This document shows positions 30,525 to 41,275 of a DNA stretch of 64,000 nucleotides, piece by piece. The notes beneath the pieces were generated by a model. That model did not search any database and was not told the DNA's origin. It worked only from the letters and a program-made list of their open reading frames with translations. Position numbers and translations under genes: made by a program. Every line of letters starts with the position of its first letter. Position 1 is the stretch's first letter. The stretch comes from an uncultured Acidobacteriota bacterium (lineage in GTDB: Bacteria; Acidobacteriota; Thermoanaerobaculia; Gp7-AA8): assembly GCA_963741955.1 (NCBI GenBank), contig CAVUKB010000005.1, positions 736,001-800,000 of the forward strand, written 5' to 3'.

Positions 30525-31721
30525 ATGAGAACTCTCTACTTCGACTGTTCGTCCGGCATCGCCGGAGACATGACCATCGCCGCGCTCATCGATGCGGGAG
30601 TCGATGCGGAATCGGTCATTTCCGAGATCCGGAAGCTTCCGTTCGACGGTTACGAGATCCGGGTCTTCCGCGACCGCCGCGCCGGCACGGCCGGCACCCG
30701 CTTCGACGTCGTCGTCTCGGTGGACGAGAAGCGTGCTCATCGAAACTTCCACGATCTCGAAGAGCTGGTCACCGGCCGCGGTCTCGACCCGCGGGTGGAA
30801 GAGGACGCGATCGCCATGTTCCGGCGGATCTGCGAAGTCGAAGGGAAGATTCACGAACAGCCGCTGGAAAAGATCCATCTCCATGAAGTCGGCGCGATCG
30901 ACTCGATCGTGGATATCGTCGGAGCTGCAGTCGCCATCCGGTCGCTCGGATCGTTGGAGATCCGTTCGTCTGCGGTGCACGTCGGGAGCGGCCGGGTGAA
31001 CTGCCGGCACGGTTCGGTCCCGGTTCCCGCTCCGGCCACGGCGGAGCTCCTTCGAGGCATACCCTTCTACCAGCTGGACGTCGAAGGCGAGTTCACGACT
31101 CCCACAGGCGCACTGATCGTTTCCCATTACGCGCGCTCGTTCGGCCCAATGCCGTCCATGCGCGTCGACGCTTTCGGCTACGGCCTCGGCGCGCGCGAGC
31201 ACGCGAAGTTCCCGAATGTTCTGCGCGTCTTTGCCGGCGAGACCGAGACGTCGCTGCAGAGCAGGTCGACCATCGTCTCGATCGAAACCGATATCGACGA
31301 CGCCACATCCGAAGTACTCGGTTATGCGATGGAGAAGCTCTACGAGGCGGGAGCGGTCGAAGTCTTCTTCCAGGCCGCGCAGATGAAGAAGAACCGTCCC
31401 GGAACGCTGCTCCGGGTTCTCTGCCGTCCGGATCGGAAGGATGCCGTGATCGAGACGATCTTTCGCGAGACACCGACGATCGGAGTGCGTTTCACGGAGC
31501 TCGAGCGAGTGGAGCTGGTGCGCGACATCATCACCGTGGAGACGGCGCTCGGGAGCATCCGGATGAAGCGAAGCTCGATCGACGGGACGGCGGTCACGGT
31601 GGCCCCGGAGTTCGAGTCATGTGCGGCGATCGCGCGGGAGCGTGGCATCCCGGTGCGTGAGGTCTTCGCAATCGCTCAGGCGGCGGCGCAGACGATGGGA
31701 CGGGATCGCGAATCACGCTGA
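30525..31721 (+). CDS. larC: Nickel pincer cofactor biosynthesis protein LarC
   Basis: [62 protein letters not shown]. The ORF-track N-terminal extension is repeat-derived. Confidence 0.93.
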   Translation: MRTLYFDCSSGIAGDMTIAALIDAGVDAESVISEIRKLPFDGYEIRVFRDRRAGTAGTRFDVVVSVDEKRAHRNFHDLEELVTGRGLDPRVEEDAIAMFRRICEVEGKIHEQPLEKIHLHEVGAIDSIVDIVGAAVAIRSLGSLEIRSSAVHVGSGRVNCRHGSVPVPAPATAELLRGIPFYQLDVEGEFTTPTGALIVSHYARSFGPMPSMRVDAFGYGLGAREHAKFPNVLRVFAGETETSLQSRSTIVSIETDIDDATSEVLGYAMEKLYEAGAVEVFFQAAQMKKNRPGTLLRVLCRPDRKDAVIETIFRETPTIGVRFTELERVELVRDIITVETALGSIRMKRSSIDGTAVTVAPEFESCAAIARERGIPVREVFAIAQAAAQTMGRDRESR

Positions 31722-31785
31722 GGCTTGCCGGTCATGAATTGATCACGGAGATCCGGCCGCGCATCATCTCTGAGGCAGATCCGGG

Positions 31786-33387
31786 CTAGATTCTCTCCCG
31801 CCGCCCTTCCCCTCGCCGTTCGAGCTGCCGCAGCAGCTCGAACGCACGATCGCGCAGAACGCGCTCACGGTCGGTCGCCGCGTGCGGCTCCTTCTCGATC
31901 ACGTCGACCCACGAGTGGATTGCGCGGAAACATTCACCGAGATCCGAAGGGTCGGAGAAGAGACGCTCCGGTGCGAATCCGGCCTCCGAAACGACGCGGT
32001 CGATCTCCCGCCTCAGATCGCGAGGCGAGTCGGACTTCCGGACGATTCCGTCGAGTACGTTCGTGTCGATCCGAGCTCTCTTCCGGCGGAAAAGAACGAG
32101 CACGGCAGCGGTGACGATGACGAACAACGCCGCGATCGCGATCCACAGCCAGCGACGTCTCCGCGAGGGCGACGTCGTTCGGGGGGAAGGTGCTCGAGTA
32201 TCGACCGCTGGAGCTCTGACAACCGGAACGTCGACGCTCCCCGGAGTACATCTGATGCGTTCGACCTTCCCCGTGGCTGGATCGAATCTGGTCAACGCGA
32301 GCGGAGGGATCCGGAGCGGCCCACTCGTCGCGGGAAAGAGGAGATAGCGCCACCGCCGCTCCATCTCGATTCCCTGCGACGCAACCCGGCTTTTCGTTCC
32401 TTGATCCTCGACCTGATGTTCGACATCGAACGAGGCGGGAAACGCCGGAGCAGCCAGCATGCGGAGATTCCCCTCGCCGCGAACCACGAGATCGAACGAC
32501 ACGAGACCCTGATTCGAGACGCGTGGGGTGGAACAGCGCATCGACGCACTTCCGACCAGGTCCGCCGGTTGTGGAAGGTCGCGGACTTCGATCGTGAGCG
32601 GCTTCGACTCGATTCTGTTGCGCTCACCGATTGAAAATCCCATCAGGTCGCCCGGCCCTCCTCCGGTCACCACGTCCGCGGTGATCGGCGGAATGGTCAG
32701 CTCGCCGCTGTGCACCGGATAGAGCGTGGCCCTTCGTACGAGCACCCGGACTGCAGTTCCCGCATCCGTACTCACCGCGCGGGGCACCTCATCCGGGACA
32801 GGGATCTCCTCGACCCAGAAGCCCTGGAGGTCGGGAGTGTCACTCAGATCTGCCGCGCGCATCGGGACGCCCGCCCAGATCCACCAGCTGATCTCGACCG
32901 GCTGCCCGACGTACGCCGAGGTCCGGTCGCTGTGCGCGACGAGAAGGAGTGGTCTGCGGCCATGGAATGCGAGCTCGCGAAGTGCGCGGATCGGATCTCG
33001 CGCATCGATTCGAGGCGCGGGAACGACCGCCACCCGAACCGCGGGAAGAGTCGTCGAATGACCATCCTCCACCAGCCGGACCGGACCGACCACCGCATCT
33101 CCGGCTCCGATCGGGCGTGCGATGTACTGGAAAACGGTGGTATGCGAGAAACCTCCTGTCCCGAACTCCATCCGCGTGCTGCGCGACTCGCCTCCTTCCA
33201 TTCGGAGGTTCTTCAGAGGAACCTGGACGTGATCGAGGTCGGCATACGCTCCATCGAGAGAGACCGTGATGGTCACCGAGCCGTCGATCTCGACCTGTCG
33301 AGGAGTGACTGAGAGCTCGCTGGCCTGGGCAGCGGTGGCGATCAGCAGCGAAAGCAGCACGAGGAGGAATCTACCAGTCGACACCAC
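31786..33387 (-). CDS. BatD-family protein
   Basis: Signal peptide, Ig-like repeats (YVGQPV, G.LTIPP, VRGEGNL, FDPATG), C-terminal TM segment; last gene of the bat operon; start uncertain. Confidence 0.8.
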   Translation of the reverse strand: MVSTGRFLLVLLSLLIATAAQASELSVTPRQVEIDGSVTITVSLDGAYADLDHVQVPLKNLRMEGGESRSTRMEFGTGGFSHTTVFQYIARPIGAGDAVVGPVRLVEDGHSTTLPAVRVAVVPAPRIDARDPIRALRELAFHGRRPLLLVAHSDRTSAYVGQPVEISWWIWAGVPMRAADLSDTPDLQGFWVEEIPVPDEVPRAVSTDAGTAVRVLVRRATLYPVHSGELTIPPITADVVTGGGPGDLMGFSIGERNRIESKPLTIEVRDLPQPADLVGSASMRCSTPRVSNQGLVSFDLVVRGEGNLRMLAAPAFPASFDVEHQVEDQGTKSRVASQGIEMERRWRYLLFPATSGPLRIPPLALTRFDPATGKVERIRCTPGSVDVPVVRAPAVDTRAPSPRTTSPSRRRRWLWIAIAALFVIVTAAVLVLFRRKRARIDTNVLDGIVRKSDSPRDLRREIDRVVSEAGFAPERLFSDPSDLGECFRAIHSWVDVIEKEPHAATDRERVLRDRAFELLRQLERRGEGRRERI

Positions 33388-34036
33388 GGCTCTCCATCGA
33401 CTGTTTGTGCATCCGTTCGAGCTCCTGTTTCTCCTGCTGTTCGGCTGCACGGAGGAGGGCCATTGGATCGGCCTCGCCGGGCCGTTGAGTCTCGTGCGCT
33501 TCTGACGGCCCGTTCTGCGGATTCTCCCGTTGCTGATGACCTGACCCTTGCTTCGGATTCTGCTGGCCTTCCTTCTGCTTCTGCTGTTGCCGTTGCTGCT
33601 GCCGCTTTTTCTGTTCCTCTTTTCTCCGAAGCCGGGCGATTTCCAGATTCCGTTTTGCGGCCGGATTCCGGGGATCGGAGCGAAGCGCCTCTTCGTACTT
33701 CCGGATCGCCTCGTCCCACTTCTTCGAATCGAGGGCCGCGTTCCCCTGGTTGTAGAGCGAGCCGGTGCGAAGCTCGGGATCCTTCAGCGCCTTTCCGAGC
33801 AGCTCGCGCGCCCCGTCGAGATCTCCTGCCGCGGCCTTCGCCGTCCCGAGGTCGAATGCAGTGCGCGACGAGGGGCGGAGACGGTATGCCTCCTCGAACG
33901 CCTTCACCGCCTCGGCGTATCGCTTCTGGCCGTAAAGGGCGATACCCCGACGCGTCGCAGCGTCGGAGTTCGTCCCGTTCCACCACACCGGCGCGGCGAC
34001 CATCGAAAGAGCCAGAACGAGCGATACGAGCTTCAC
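33371..34036 (-). CDS. TPR protein (BatC-like)
   Basis: YNQGNA..AI..YEEALR.DP...AKRNLE, Gln-rich linker, C-terminal DW. Confidence 0.85.
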   Translation of the reverse strand: MKLVSLVLALSMVAAPVWWNGTNSDAATRRGIALYGQKRYAEAVKAFEEAYRLRPSSRTAFDLGTAKAAAGDLDGARELLGKALKDPELRTGSLYNQGNAALDSKKWDEAIRKYEEALRSDPRNPAAKRNLEIARLRRKEEQKKRQQQRQQQKQKEGQQNPKQGSGHQQRENPQNGPSEAHETQRPGEADPMALLRAAEQQEKQELERMHKQSMESRGVDW

Positions 34037-35010
34037 TCGGCACCTCGATTCGCGAGCGACGCGAGACCGAAGAAGAGCATCGCCAGGCCAAGAGGGATCT
34101 GATAGCGCTCGACCGGGAGGCGCTCTTCCCGCGTCGTCTCCCTCGCCGACCGTCCCGAGACGTCACGCAGGAGTGCGTCGATCTCCGGACCTCGAAACGG
34201 ATTGAGAAAGCTCTTTCCGCGCGTCGCAGCGGCGAGTTTCGACATGAATGCTGCATCGGCACGCGTATGCACGATCTCCCCATCCACCTGCAGCGGACCG
34301 CTCGCGGTCGGAATCGTGGCGCCGGCTGCCGTGCCGATGGTCACGGTGAAGATCCGCGCATGTTCCTGGATGGCCTGCCGGATCGCTTCGTCTGCTTCGC
34401 TGCCTCCGCGCTGCTCGCCGTCGCTGATCAGCACGATGTCGCTGGTCACTCCTCCGGCATCTCGGAGGAGACGGAGTGCTCGATCGATTCCCGCCGGAAT
34501 GTTGGAGCCGGCACGCGAGAGCTCACCCGGACCGAGGGATCCGGCCAGGGTCGCCACGGCGTCGTGATCGTCCGTGAGCGGCGAGACGACTTCCGCGTTC
34601 CCTTCGAACACCACCAGCCCGACCTTACCGTCGAAGCGGTCGAGCAGTCGGCGGACGACGGCACGCGCCGCGTCGAGACGCGAGACGCCGACGTCGGCCG
34701 CGGTCATGCTCTGGGACGTGTCGAGGACGATTGCGAGGCTCGCCGCCGAGGAGGGTACCGGTTGAAGGGTGTAGCCGAGGCGTGGCTCTGCGAGAGCGAG
34801 GATGCCGCAGACGAGCGCGAAGGATGCGAGCCATGGACGGAGAACCCGGGCCGGATTCGCTTCGCCGCGGATGCGATCGGAGACGAATCGCTCGGCGAAT
34901 CTTCGCCGTCGACGCTCGTTCCATACCAGGAGCGCAGCGACCGGGACGATCGCGAGAAGCAGCCACGAGAGCTGCGGTTGGGCAAAGGTCAGGCCGGCAA
35001 CCGCATCCAT
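34033..35010 (-). CDS. VWA-domain membrane protein (BatB-like)
   Basis: ALAEPRLG, MIDAS DTSQS, SPLTDD, ISDGE, IGT..G..IP. Confidence 0.88.
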   Translation of the reverse strand: MDAVAGLTFAQPQLSWLLLAIVPVAALLVWNERRRRRFAERFVSDRIRGEANPARVLRPWLASFALVCGILALAEPRLGYTLQPVPSSAASLAIVLDTSQSMTAADVGVSRLDAARAVVRRLLDRFDGKVGLVVFEGNAEVVSPLTDDHDAVATLAGSLGPGELSRAGSNIPAGIDRALRLLRDAGGVTSDIVLISDGEQRGGSEADEAIRQAIQEHARIFTVTIGTAAGATIPTASGPLQVDGEIVHTRADAAFMSKLAAATRGKSFLNPFRGPEIDALLRDVSGRSARETTREERLPVERYQIPLGLAMLFFGLASLANRGAE

Positions 35011-35990
35011 ACCGTTTCTCCCAGGAAGATGGCGAGCGCGATCAGAGCGATCCCTCCTTCCAGTGGCCGATGAAAGAGCTCTTCGACGATCCTCCGTTTC
35101 GGCGCCGAGAGCGGACTCTTTTCCAGCTGGTCGATTCTCGCGAATACGAGGCGCAGAGCACGCGGATCGACGGCACGGAAATATTCGGCGCCGGTCATGG
35201 AGGCGATCTTCCGCAGCATCGACTCGTCGAGGTCAGCCCGGATGAACTGGTACTGCGTCTCGATCTGACCGGTGATCTGGTCCTGAACCTTGATCGGGAT
35301 GGGCACCCGTCCGGTGCTGCCGACGCCGATGGTGTAAATGCGTATGCCGAACTTCGACGCGAGCTCCGCTGCGGTCAACGGATCGATCGAGCCGGAGTTG
35401 TTCACTCCGTCGGTGACGAGGACGATCACTCTGCTCCGGGCTTTCGAGCTTCGCAACCGGTTCACCGCGACAGCGATCGCGTGACCGATTGCCGTGCCGT
35501 CGCCGTTCTCTCCGATGCTCGCTTTGGAGAGGATCTCCCGCGCGACGTTGCGGTCGAACGTGATCGGCACCCTGGTCACGGCACTCGAGCCGAACGTGAC
35601 CACGCCGATCCGATCCGCGGTGCGCCCGTCGATGAACCCGGCGATCAGCTCCTTCGCCACTGCGAAGCGGTTCCGCGGTCGGAAGTCCTCCGCCGCCATG
35701 CTCCCGGAAGAGTCGAGCGCCACCACCACGTCGATTCCGTAGCGCTCGTTCGAGACGACGGTCACCTGCTGCGGCCGCGCCAGTGCGACGGTGAGGAGAA
35801 TCCATCCGCTGATCTCGAGCACGAACGGCACCCACGCCGTACCGGTGACGATTCCGCGACGCGCCCCCGCCACCGTGAGCGAGGAGATGGGAAACGCGGC
35901 GAATCGCTCCTTCCGGTCACGCCAGCGCAATACCACGCGTGCGAGCGGGAGGAGGAGAAGAGCGAACGCCCAGGGTGCGGCCCAGGTCAT
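34989..35990 (-). CDS. VWA-domain membrane protein (BatA-like)
   Basis: ALARPQ, MIDAS DSSGS, DF.P.NR, GTAIG.AI..AVNRL, VTDGVNN.G, IYTIGVG, IDQLEKS. Confidence 0.9.
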   Translation of the reverse strand: MTWAAPWAFALLLLPLARVVLRWRDRKERFAAFPISSLTVAGARRGIVTGTAWVPFVLEISGWILLTVALARPQQVTVVSNERYGIDVVVALDSSGSMAAEDFRPRNRFAVAKELIAGFIDGRTADRIGVVTFGSSAVTRVPITFDRNVAREILSKASIGENGDGTAIGHAIAVAVNRLRSSKARSRVIVLVTDGVNNSGSIDPLTAAELASKFGIRIYTIGVGSTGRVPIPIKVQDQITGQIETQYQFIRADLDESMLRKIASMTGAEYFRAVDPRALRLVFARIDQLEKSPLSAPKRRIVEELFHRPLEGGIALIALAIFLGETVWMRLPA

Positions 35991-36778
35991 GGGGTCACTT
36001 CCTCCTCACCCGGCGGAGGGATCCTCTGAGCCAGAGAGAGTGTGGCCGCAGCCAGCGACTCGAAATCGCGTTCGTGGCTTCCCCACGGCGAAAACTTCGC
36101 AAGGTCGCCGGAAGCGAGAATCCGTTGGACCTGCACCAGGGTCTGCATCTCGACTGCCGCCCGGCGCAACGCATCCACGGTCTCCCGGGTGGTCATCTCC
36201 AGACCTGACCCCGGCACCACCGCCGCGAGGTACTGACGGGCCGCGTCGGCGAGCGCGCCGATCTGCTCTTCACCCGGAGGAAGTGTGCGCGCTCTCTCCA
36301 CGTCCCGCTGCAGCCGGTCGTCCGGCGGAAGGGGCGGTTCGGCCGGCGCCGTCTCGCGCCGTCGAATCACTCCGAGCGCGAGCCATGCCACGATCGCCAG
36401 AAGCGCGGCGCTACCGACCGCAGCCCACAACTTCCATCGTCGAGGAAGCGACACCGGAGGGCTCATCGGTGCGGGGTGCAGATCGTCTTTCGGTTCGAGG
36501 ACCGACCGCACCGGGACGCGCGCCGCGCCGAAGTCTCTCCTGCTGCCATCCGGCATCACCAGCGATCCGCGTACGACGAGGTTGCCGGACTTGAACGTCC
36601 GCACCACCGCGCGGCGACCCGCGACCCGAACCACCTCATAGTCACTCGACCGCTCGAGCTGAAGTCCGCTCGTCCCGGCGGGAAACTCGATACTGATCGG
36701 GTCCCCCACCGTGGGATGGGCCGGCCCATAACGGAACGGCAGCGGCGACGCGGCAAGCAGCAGCAGCAACAGGATCAT
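35987..36778 (-). CDS. Hypothetical membrane protein of the moxR-bat operon
   Basis: Signal peptide, one TM segment, LEMTT.E and DLAKF motifs; overlaps both neighbours. Confidence 0.75.
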   Translation of the reverse strand: MILLLLLLAASPLPFRYGPAHPTVGDPISIEFPAGTSGLQLERSSDYEVVRVAGRRAVVRTFKSGNLVVRGSLVMPDGSRRDFGAARVPVRSVLEPKDDLHPAPMSPPVSLPRRWKLWAAVGSAALLAIVAWLALGVIRRRETAPAEPPLPPDDRLQRDVERARTLPPGEEQIGALADAARQYLAAVVPGSGLEMTTRETVDALRRAAVEMQTLVQVQRILASGDLAKFSPWGSHERDFESLAAATLSLAQRIPPPGEEEVTP

Positions 36779-37671
36779 CGTCGCCTCGGCGATCTTTCCC
36801 GGAAGAATCTCAGAAGGGACTTGTCGTAAGGGACTGCAGTCGAGAGTCCGAGCATGTCGATCCCACTCCGGCGGAAGCGATCCGTCAGCTGGCGCGAACG
36901 GAGGCGGGCGCTCGGGAAGACCCGGTTGGTCCGGAGGTCGACCCGCTGCAACCGTCCCGTCTCCGCATCGACGAGATCGACGATGCCGCGGGAAGGAAAG
37001 CGGCTCTCACGAGGGTCGCTGATGTCGATCGCGACCACGTCGTGCCGCTTGTTCAATCTTCGGAGAGGTGCTTCGAAGTCGATGTCGAGAAAGTCCGAGA
37101 GAAAGATCACCACTGAGCGCTTCACGGAAACATGCTCGACGTATTCGATCAGCTTTCCGAGGTCTGTGCTGCCACCGGGCGAGAGCGCGGACGCCACCGC
37201 CGTGCGGACGCAGATCTCCACGTGAGTTCGCCCACGCTTCGGTGGAAGGTAGTTCCTCACGCTCTCCGCGAACGAGACGAGTCCGACGCGGTCGCCATTC
37301 TGGAGCGCGGCGAACGCGAGCACCGCGGCGAGCTCCACTGCGAGATCGATCTTCCGCCGATCGAGAGATCCGAAGGACATCGAGCCGGAGACGTCGAGCG
37401 CCAGAAGGACCGAAAGGTCCCGCTCTTCGACGAACTGTTTCACATGCGGGATGCCGCTCCGCGCCGTCACATTCCAGTCGATGGTGCGGATGTCATCGCC
37501 CGGCTGGTATTCGCGGACCTGGGAAAATTCGATTCCGCTTCCGTGGAAGGCGGCGTGGTACTGTCCGGCGAATCCTCGTCGAAGGAGTCTGGCCGTGACG
37601 ACCTCGAGCTCGCGCACCCGTCGCAGAGGAACCGGATCGGGGCGGGGTCTTCGACGTCGGAACAATTTCAT
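36775..37671 (-). CDS. DUF58 domain protein
   Basis: GSGIEFSQVREYQPGDDIRTIDWNVTAR, VKQFVEER, DVSGSM, SDF. Confidence 0.93.
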   Translation of the reverse strand: MKLFRRRRPRPDPVPLRRVRELEVVTARLLRRGFAGQYHAAFHGSGIEFSQVREYQPGDDIRTIDWNVTARSGIPHVKQFVEERDLSVLLALDVSGSMSFGSLDRRKIDLAVELAAVLAFAALQNGDRVGLVSFAESVRNYLPPKRGRTHVEICVRTAVASALSPGGSTDLGKLIEYVEHVSVKRSVVIFLSDFLDIDFEAPLRRLNKRHDVVAIDISDPRESRFPSRGIVDLVDAETGRLQRVDLRTNRVFPSARLRSRQLTDRFRRSGIDMLGLSTAVPYDKSLLRFFRERSPRRR

Positions 37672-37687
37672 TTTCGGGAATCGGAGA

Positions 37688-38683
37688 TCATGGAACCGGC
37701 ACTGCGTTGAGGATCTGGTCGATGATCCGGTCCTGGCTCACCTGCTCGGCTGCCGCCTCGTACGTCAGGATCAGACGGTGCCTCAGCACGTCGTGCGCCA
37801 CCGCTTTCACGTCTTCGGGCACCACGAACGCTCTTCCTCGAAGGAATGCTTCGCCCTTCCCGACGTGGGCGAACGCGAGCGTCGCGCGCGGAGACGCACC
37901 GTACGCGACATACGGCGCGAGTCCGGAGAGCCTGAACGCCGACGGATCGCGAGTCGCCCGCACCAGGTCGACGATGTAGCGCGAGATGCGCTCGTCCACG
38001 TGAACCCCGGAGACCAGCCCGGCGAGCTCTCGAATTTCGTCCAGCGACATCACCCGCTCGACCGCCGGCTCGGAGTGTCCGGGGTCGAGATACAGTGCGA
38101 GCATTCTGAGCTCGTCGTCGATGCCCGGATAGCCGACCAGGAGTTTCATCAGAAAACGGTCGACCTGGGCTTCGGGAAGCGAGTAGGTCCCTTCCTGTTC
38201 GATGGGGTTCTGCGTGGCGATGACCACGAACGGCTCGGGGAGAGAATACGACTCGTCTCCGATGGTGACCTGGCGCTCCTGCATCGCTTCGAGGAGCGCG
38301 CTCTGGACCTTCGCCGGGGCGCGGTTGATCTCGTCCGCGAGGACCAGATTCGCGAAGATCGGTCCCAGACGCGGAGAGAAGCTCCCTCCCGCCGGGTCGA
38401 AGATCAGCGTGCCGGTGATGTCCCCGGGAAGGAGATCCGGAGTGAACTGGATACGCTTGAACGAACCGTGGATCGCGGCGGAGAGCGTCTTCACCACCAG
38501 AGTCTTGGCCAGCCCGGGAAGTCCTTCGACCAGAACGTGTCCGTGGACGAGAAGAGCGATGATCAGACGGTCCACCACCTCCTGCTGGCCGACCACGGCA
38601 CGACCAACTTCACGCCGGAGCCGTTCGATCTTCTCGTGTCCTGCGGAGATCTTCTCCTGGATCGCACTCTCTTCGACGGTCAT
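37688..38683 (-). CDS. moxR: MoxR-family AAA+ ATPase
   Basis: EGLPGLAKT, RIQFTPDLLPGD, ADEINRAPAKVQSALLEAMQE, ATQNPIEQEGTY, GASPRA. Confidence 0.95.
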   Translation of the reverse strand: MTVEESAIQEKISAGHEKIERLRREVGRAVVGQQEVVDRLIIALLVHGHVLVEGLPGLAKTLVVKTLSAAIHGSFKRIQFTPDLLPGDITGTLIFDPAGGSFSPRLGPIFANLVLADEINRAPAKVQSALLEAMQERQVTIGDESYSLPEPFVVIATQNPIEQEGTYSLPEAQVDRFLMKLLVGYPGIDDELRMLALYLDPGHSEPAVERVMSLDEIRELAGLVSGVHVDERISRYIVDLVRATRDPSAFRLSGLAPYVAYGASPRATLAFAHVGKGEAFLRGRAFVVPEDVKAVAHDVLRHRLILTYEAAAEQVSQDRIIDQILNAVPVP

Positions 38684-38804
38684 TCCTCTCCTCGCACGTA
38701 TCGTTCTCTCCGGCCCGGGATGCTCCGGCCTCGGATTGCGGCGGGTCGCACCCTGCACGCCGCGTTCGCGGTGTTTCCGATCCCGGGCGAATCCCCGCGG
38801 CGGA

Positions 38805-39122
38805 TCAGCCGACCCAGGAATCGATCCGCTTGCGAAGCTCGCGTTCCGGAACCGCTCCGACCAGGCGGTCGACCGGCTGTCCCTGATGGAACAGGACGAA
38901 GGTCGGGACGCTCATCACGCCGTTCTTCGCTGCAATCCCCGGCTCCTTGTCGATGTCGACGGAGTAGACGTTGATCTTCGTACCGTATTCGTCCGCCAGC
39001 TTCCTGAGCACCGGGAGCATTGCCTTACACGGACCGCACCACTCCGCGCTGAAATCGAGCAGAACCGTTCCGCTCGAGACTTTTTCCTGGTATTCGTTCT
39101 CGCTCAACTCGTGCATCGTCAC
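38805..39122 (-). CDS. trxA: Thioredoxin
   Basis: DFSAEWCGPCK, VMSVPT; 105 aa. Confidence 0.92.
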   Translation of the reverse strand: MTMHELSENEYQEKVSSGTVLLDFSAEWCGPCKAMLPVLRKLADEYGTKINVYSVDIDKEPGIAAKNGVMSVPTFVLFHQGQPVDRLVGAVPERELRKRIDSWVG

Positions 39123-39252
39123 GTATCCTTTTCGACTGGTTTCGTACCCGGAGGTTTCGCGTCGGAGGAATTCCGACTACGCTCCTGCTGGCGTCGTCTG
39201 CAACTTTCCGCCCGGGCGAAGTGTTCCGAGCCACGTTACAGAACCGGAAATC

Positions 39253-40068
39253 GTGAATCAAGTGAATGAGCCAAAGCACCGTCCCAGAAAGAAGTGGGGG
39301 CAGAACTTTCTTCGGAACCAGGGAGCGGTCCGCAAGATCGTGGACGCGCTCGACGCTCCTCCGGACGAGCTCGTACTCGAGATCGGTCCGGGGGAAGGTG
39401 CCCTGACCCGCCGGCTGGCGGAGCTGCGCAATCCGCTTCGAGTGATCGAGATCGATCCCGATCTGGCAGCGAAGATCTCTGCCGAGCTGGGGGCGAGGAT
39501 CGACGTGGTCGAGGGAGACGCGACCACCGTCGATCTTCCGACCGTGCCGTTCACTGCGGTCGGCAACCTCCCCTACAACGTCGGAACGCCGATCCTGCGG
39601 CGCGTGGTCAGGTCGGAGGCACTCCGCCGCGCGGTCTTCATGCTCCAGAAGGAAGTCGCCGACAGGATCACGGCGGCGCCGGGTGAGGAGTCGTACGGAT
39701 TTCTCACCCTGGCCGTACGGATCTACGCCGACGCGAGACGGCTGATGATACTCGAGCCTTCGTCGTTTCACCCGCGGCCGAAGGTGCGAAGCGCGGTGGT
39801 GGTGATCGACCGTCTCGAGCGAAGGCTCGAAACTCCTCCCCAGGAGTTGGAAGGTCTGATCAGCACCTCGTTCCGGATGCCGCGGAAGAAGCTGCTGAAC
39901 AACCTGATCGGATACCGGGAACTCGACCGTACGAGAGCCGCTGCGGCAATCGAGCAGGCGGGACTCCCGCCCGACTGCCGCGCAGATCGAGTTTCACTCG
40001 ATCAGTTCGACCGGCTCGGTTCCGTCATCGCATCGTTCCGCGATGTTTCTCCCCTTCCGCGACCCTGA
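39253..40068 (+). CDS. rsmA: 16S rRNA m6,2A dimethyltransferase
   Basis: KKWGQNFL, LEIGPGEG.LT, GNLPYN, MLQKEVADR, F.PRPKV.S; GTG start approximate. Confidence 0.93.
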   Translation: MNQVNEPKHRPRKKWGQNFLRNQGAVRKIVDALDAPPDELVLEIGPGEGALTRRLAELRNPLRVIEIDPDLAAKISAELGARIDVVEGDATTVDLPTVPFTAVGNLPYNVGTPILRRVVRSEALRRAVFMLQKEVADRITAAPGEESYGFLTLAVRIYADARRLMILEPSSFHPRPKVRSAVVVIDRLERRLETPPQELEGLISTSFRMPRKKLLNNLIGYRELDRTRAAAAIEQAGLPPDCRADRVSLDQFDRLGSVIASFRDVSPLPRP

Positions 40069-41275
40069 TCGCGCCGGTCAGCGCAGCCTTGTCGTTGCCG
40101 TTGTCGAGCAACACGACTGTGGAACCGGTGGCGGTTCCCGGGTCGATCCGGTAGGTCGCCCACATGTAGTTCGTCGCGTACTGAAAATCGGAGATGCGGT
40201 GGAAGCCAGGGTTCGGGATCTCGATGGTGGTCATACCAGGAACCAGACCGTCCCCGCCGACGGCGATCATCACCGTCGACCCGGCCTTTGCGGAGGCCGC
40301 TGCCGCACGGAGATTGATATCGCTGCTTCCGGGCGCGAACACGCCGATCCATCTCGGATTGAGATCGGCCGGAGGGCCGGTGACGTCGATCCGGACGTCC
40401 TGAACCTGACCCCCCTTCGAGGGGAAGCTCCCGACGTCGACGAAGCGCGTGCGGAAGCTTTTCGAGCCGCACGTTCCCCATACGCCCGAGAGGTTGTCCG
40501 CGGCAACGGGACCGTCCAGCGGCTCGGCGTAAACGCGGTAGTTGCCCGGCGGGAGATTCGACAGGTCGAAATGACCATCGGGGCCGGTCAGCGTTGCGGC
40601 GACCGAACGGCCATCCGCGTCGAGCGCGACCACCTGCGCTCCGAAAACAGGAGCGCCGTCTCCGGTCACTTCACCGTGAAGCTGCTCGGCTTCGGCGGCC
40701 ATTGCCGCGTCGGGATAGACCGACCGAATGGCATAGAGGTCGTCACTGTCGAGCGGTGACGCGGCGTCGCGGGTGAGGTACGGAAACATCGCCGAGGAGA
40801 CGACTGCGGAGTGGTCGAGTCCCAGGAAGTGTCCGATCTCGTGCTGCACGACTGCATGCATGTCGTAGCCGGCGACTCCTTCTGGATCGATCTGGATGTC
40901 CGCTTCGGTGATCCGTCCGGAGTCGTCGAACCAGGTCGTGGTGAAGGCGATGAATCCGTTCCCGGCGAAGAGACCGTCTTCGAGTGAGACTGAATTGACG
41001 CCGTCTTTTCCGGCGCTCACGTCGGCAATGGTACCCGCCGCGAAACGAATCTCCGGTGATGCGTCGTGCCATGCGTTGAACGAATCGGTAATGGCTTGCG
41101 ACGAACCGTCGAAGCGAGTCACCAGATCCTGGCTGACTTCGTACTTCAGCGGGAACGCCGTCGTCGCCCAGGAGATCGCTTTCGGCGACCCGTTGATCAT
41201 GTAGGTCAGCCGGGTCGCCGCCTCCGCCGGCGCGGAGAGGAGGATGGCCAGAATGACGGTGGTCAGCGTCCTCAT
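40025..41275 (-). CDS. Secreted matrixin-family (metzincin) metalloprotease with a carboxypeptidase-regulatory-like domain
   Basis: Signal peptide, EADI, HEIGHFLGLDH, Met-turn SAMFP, DG.F..SNLPPG.Y. Confidence 0.87.
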   Translation of the reverse strand: MRTLTTVILAILLSAPAEAATRLTYMINGSPKAISWATTAFPLKYEVSQDLVTRFDGSSQAITDSFNAWHDASPEIRFAAGTIADVSAGKDGVNSVSLEDGLFAGNGFIAFTTTWFDDSGRITEADIQIDPEGVAGYDMHAVVQHEIGHFLGLDHSAVVSSAMFPYLTRDAASPLDSDDLYAIRSVYPDAAMAAEAEQLHGEVTGDGAPVFGAQVVALDADGRSVAATLTGPDGHFDLSNLPPGNYRVYAEPLDGPVAADNLSGVWGTCGSKSFRTRFVDVGSFPSKGGQVQDVRIDVTGPPADLNPRWIGVFAPGSSDINLRAAAASAKAGSTVMIAVGGDGLVPGMTTIEIPNPGFHRISDFQYATNYMWATYRIDPGTATGSTVVLLDNGNDKAALTGAIRVAEGEKHRGTMR

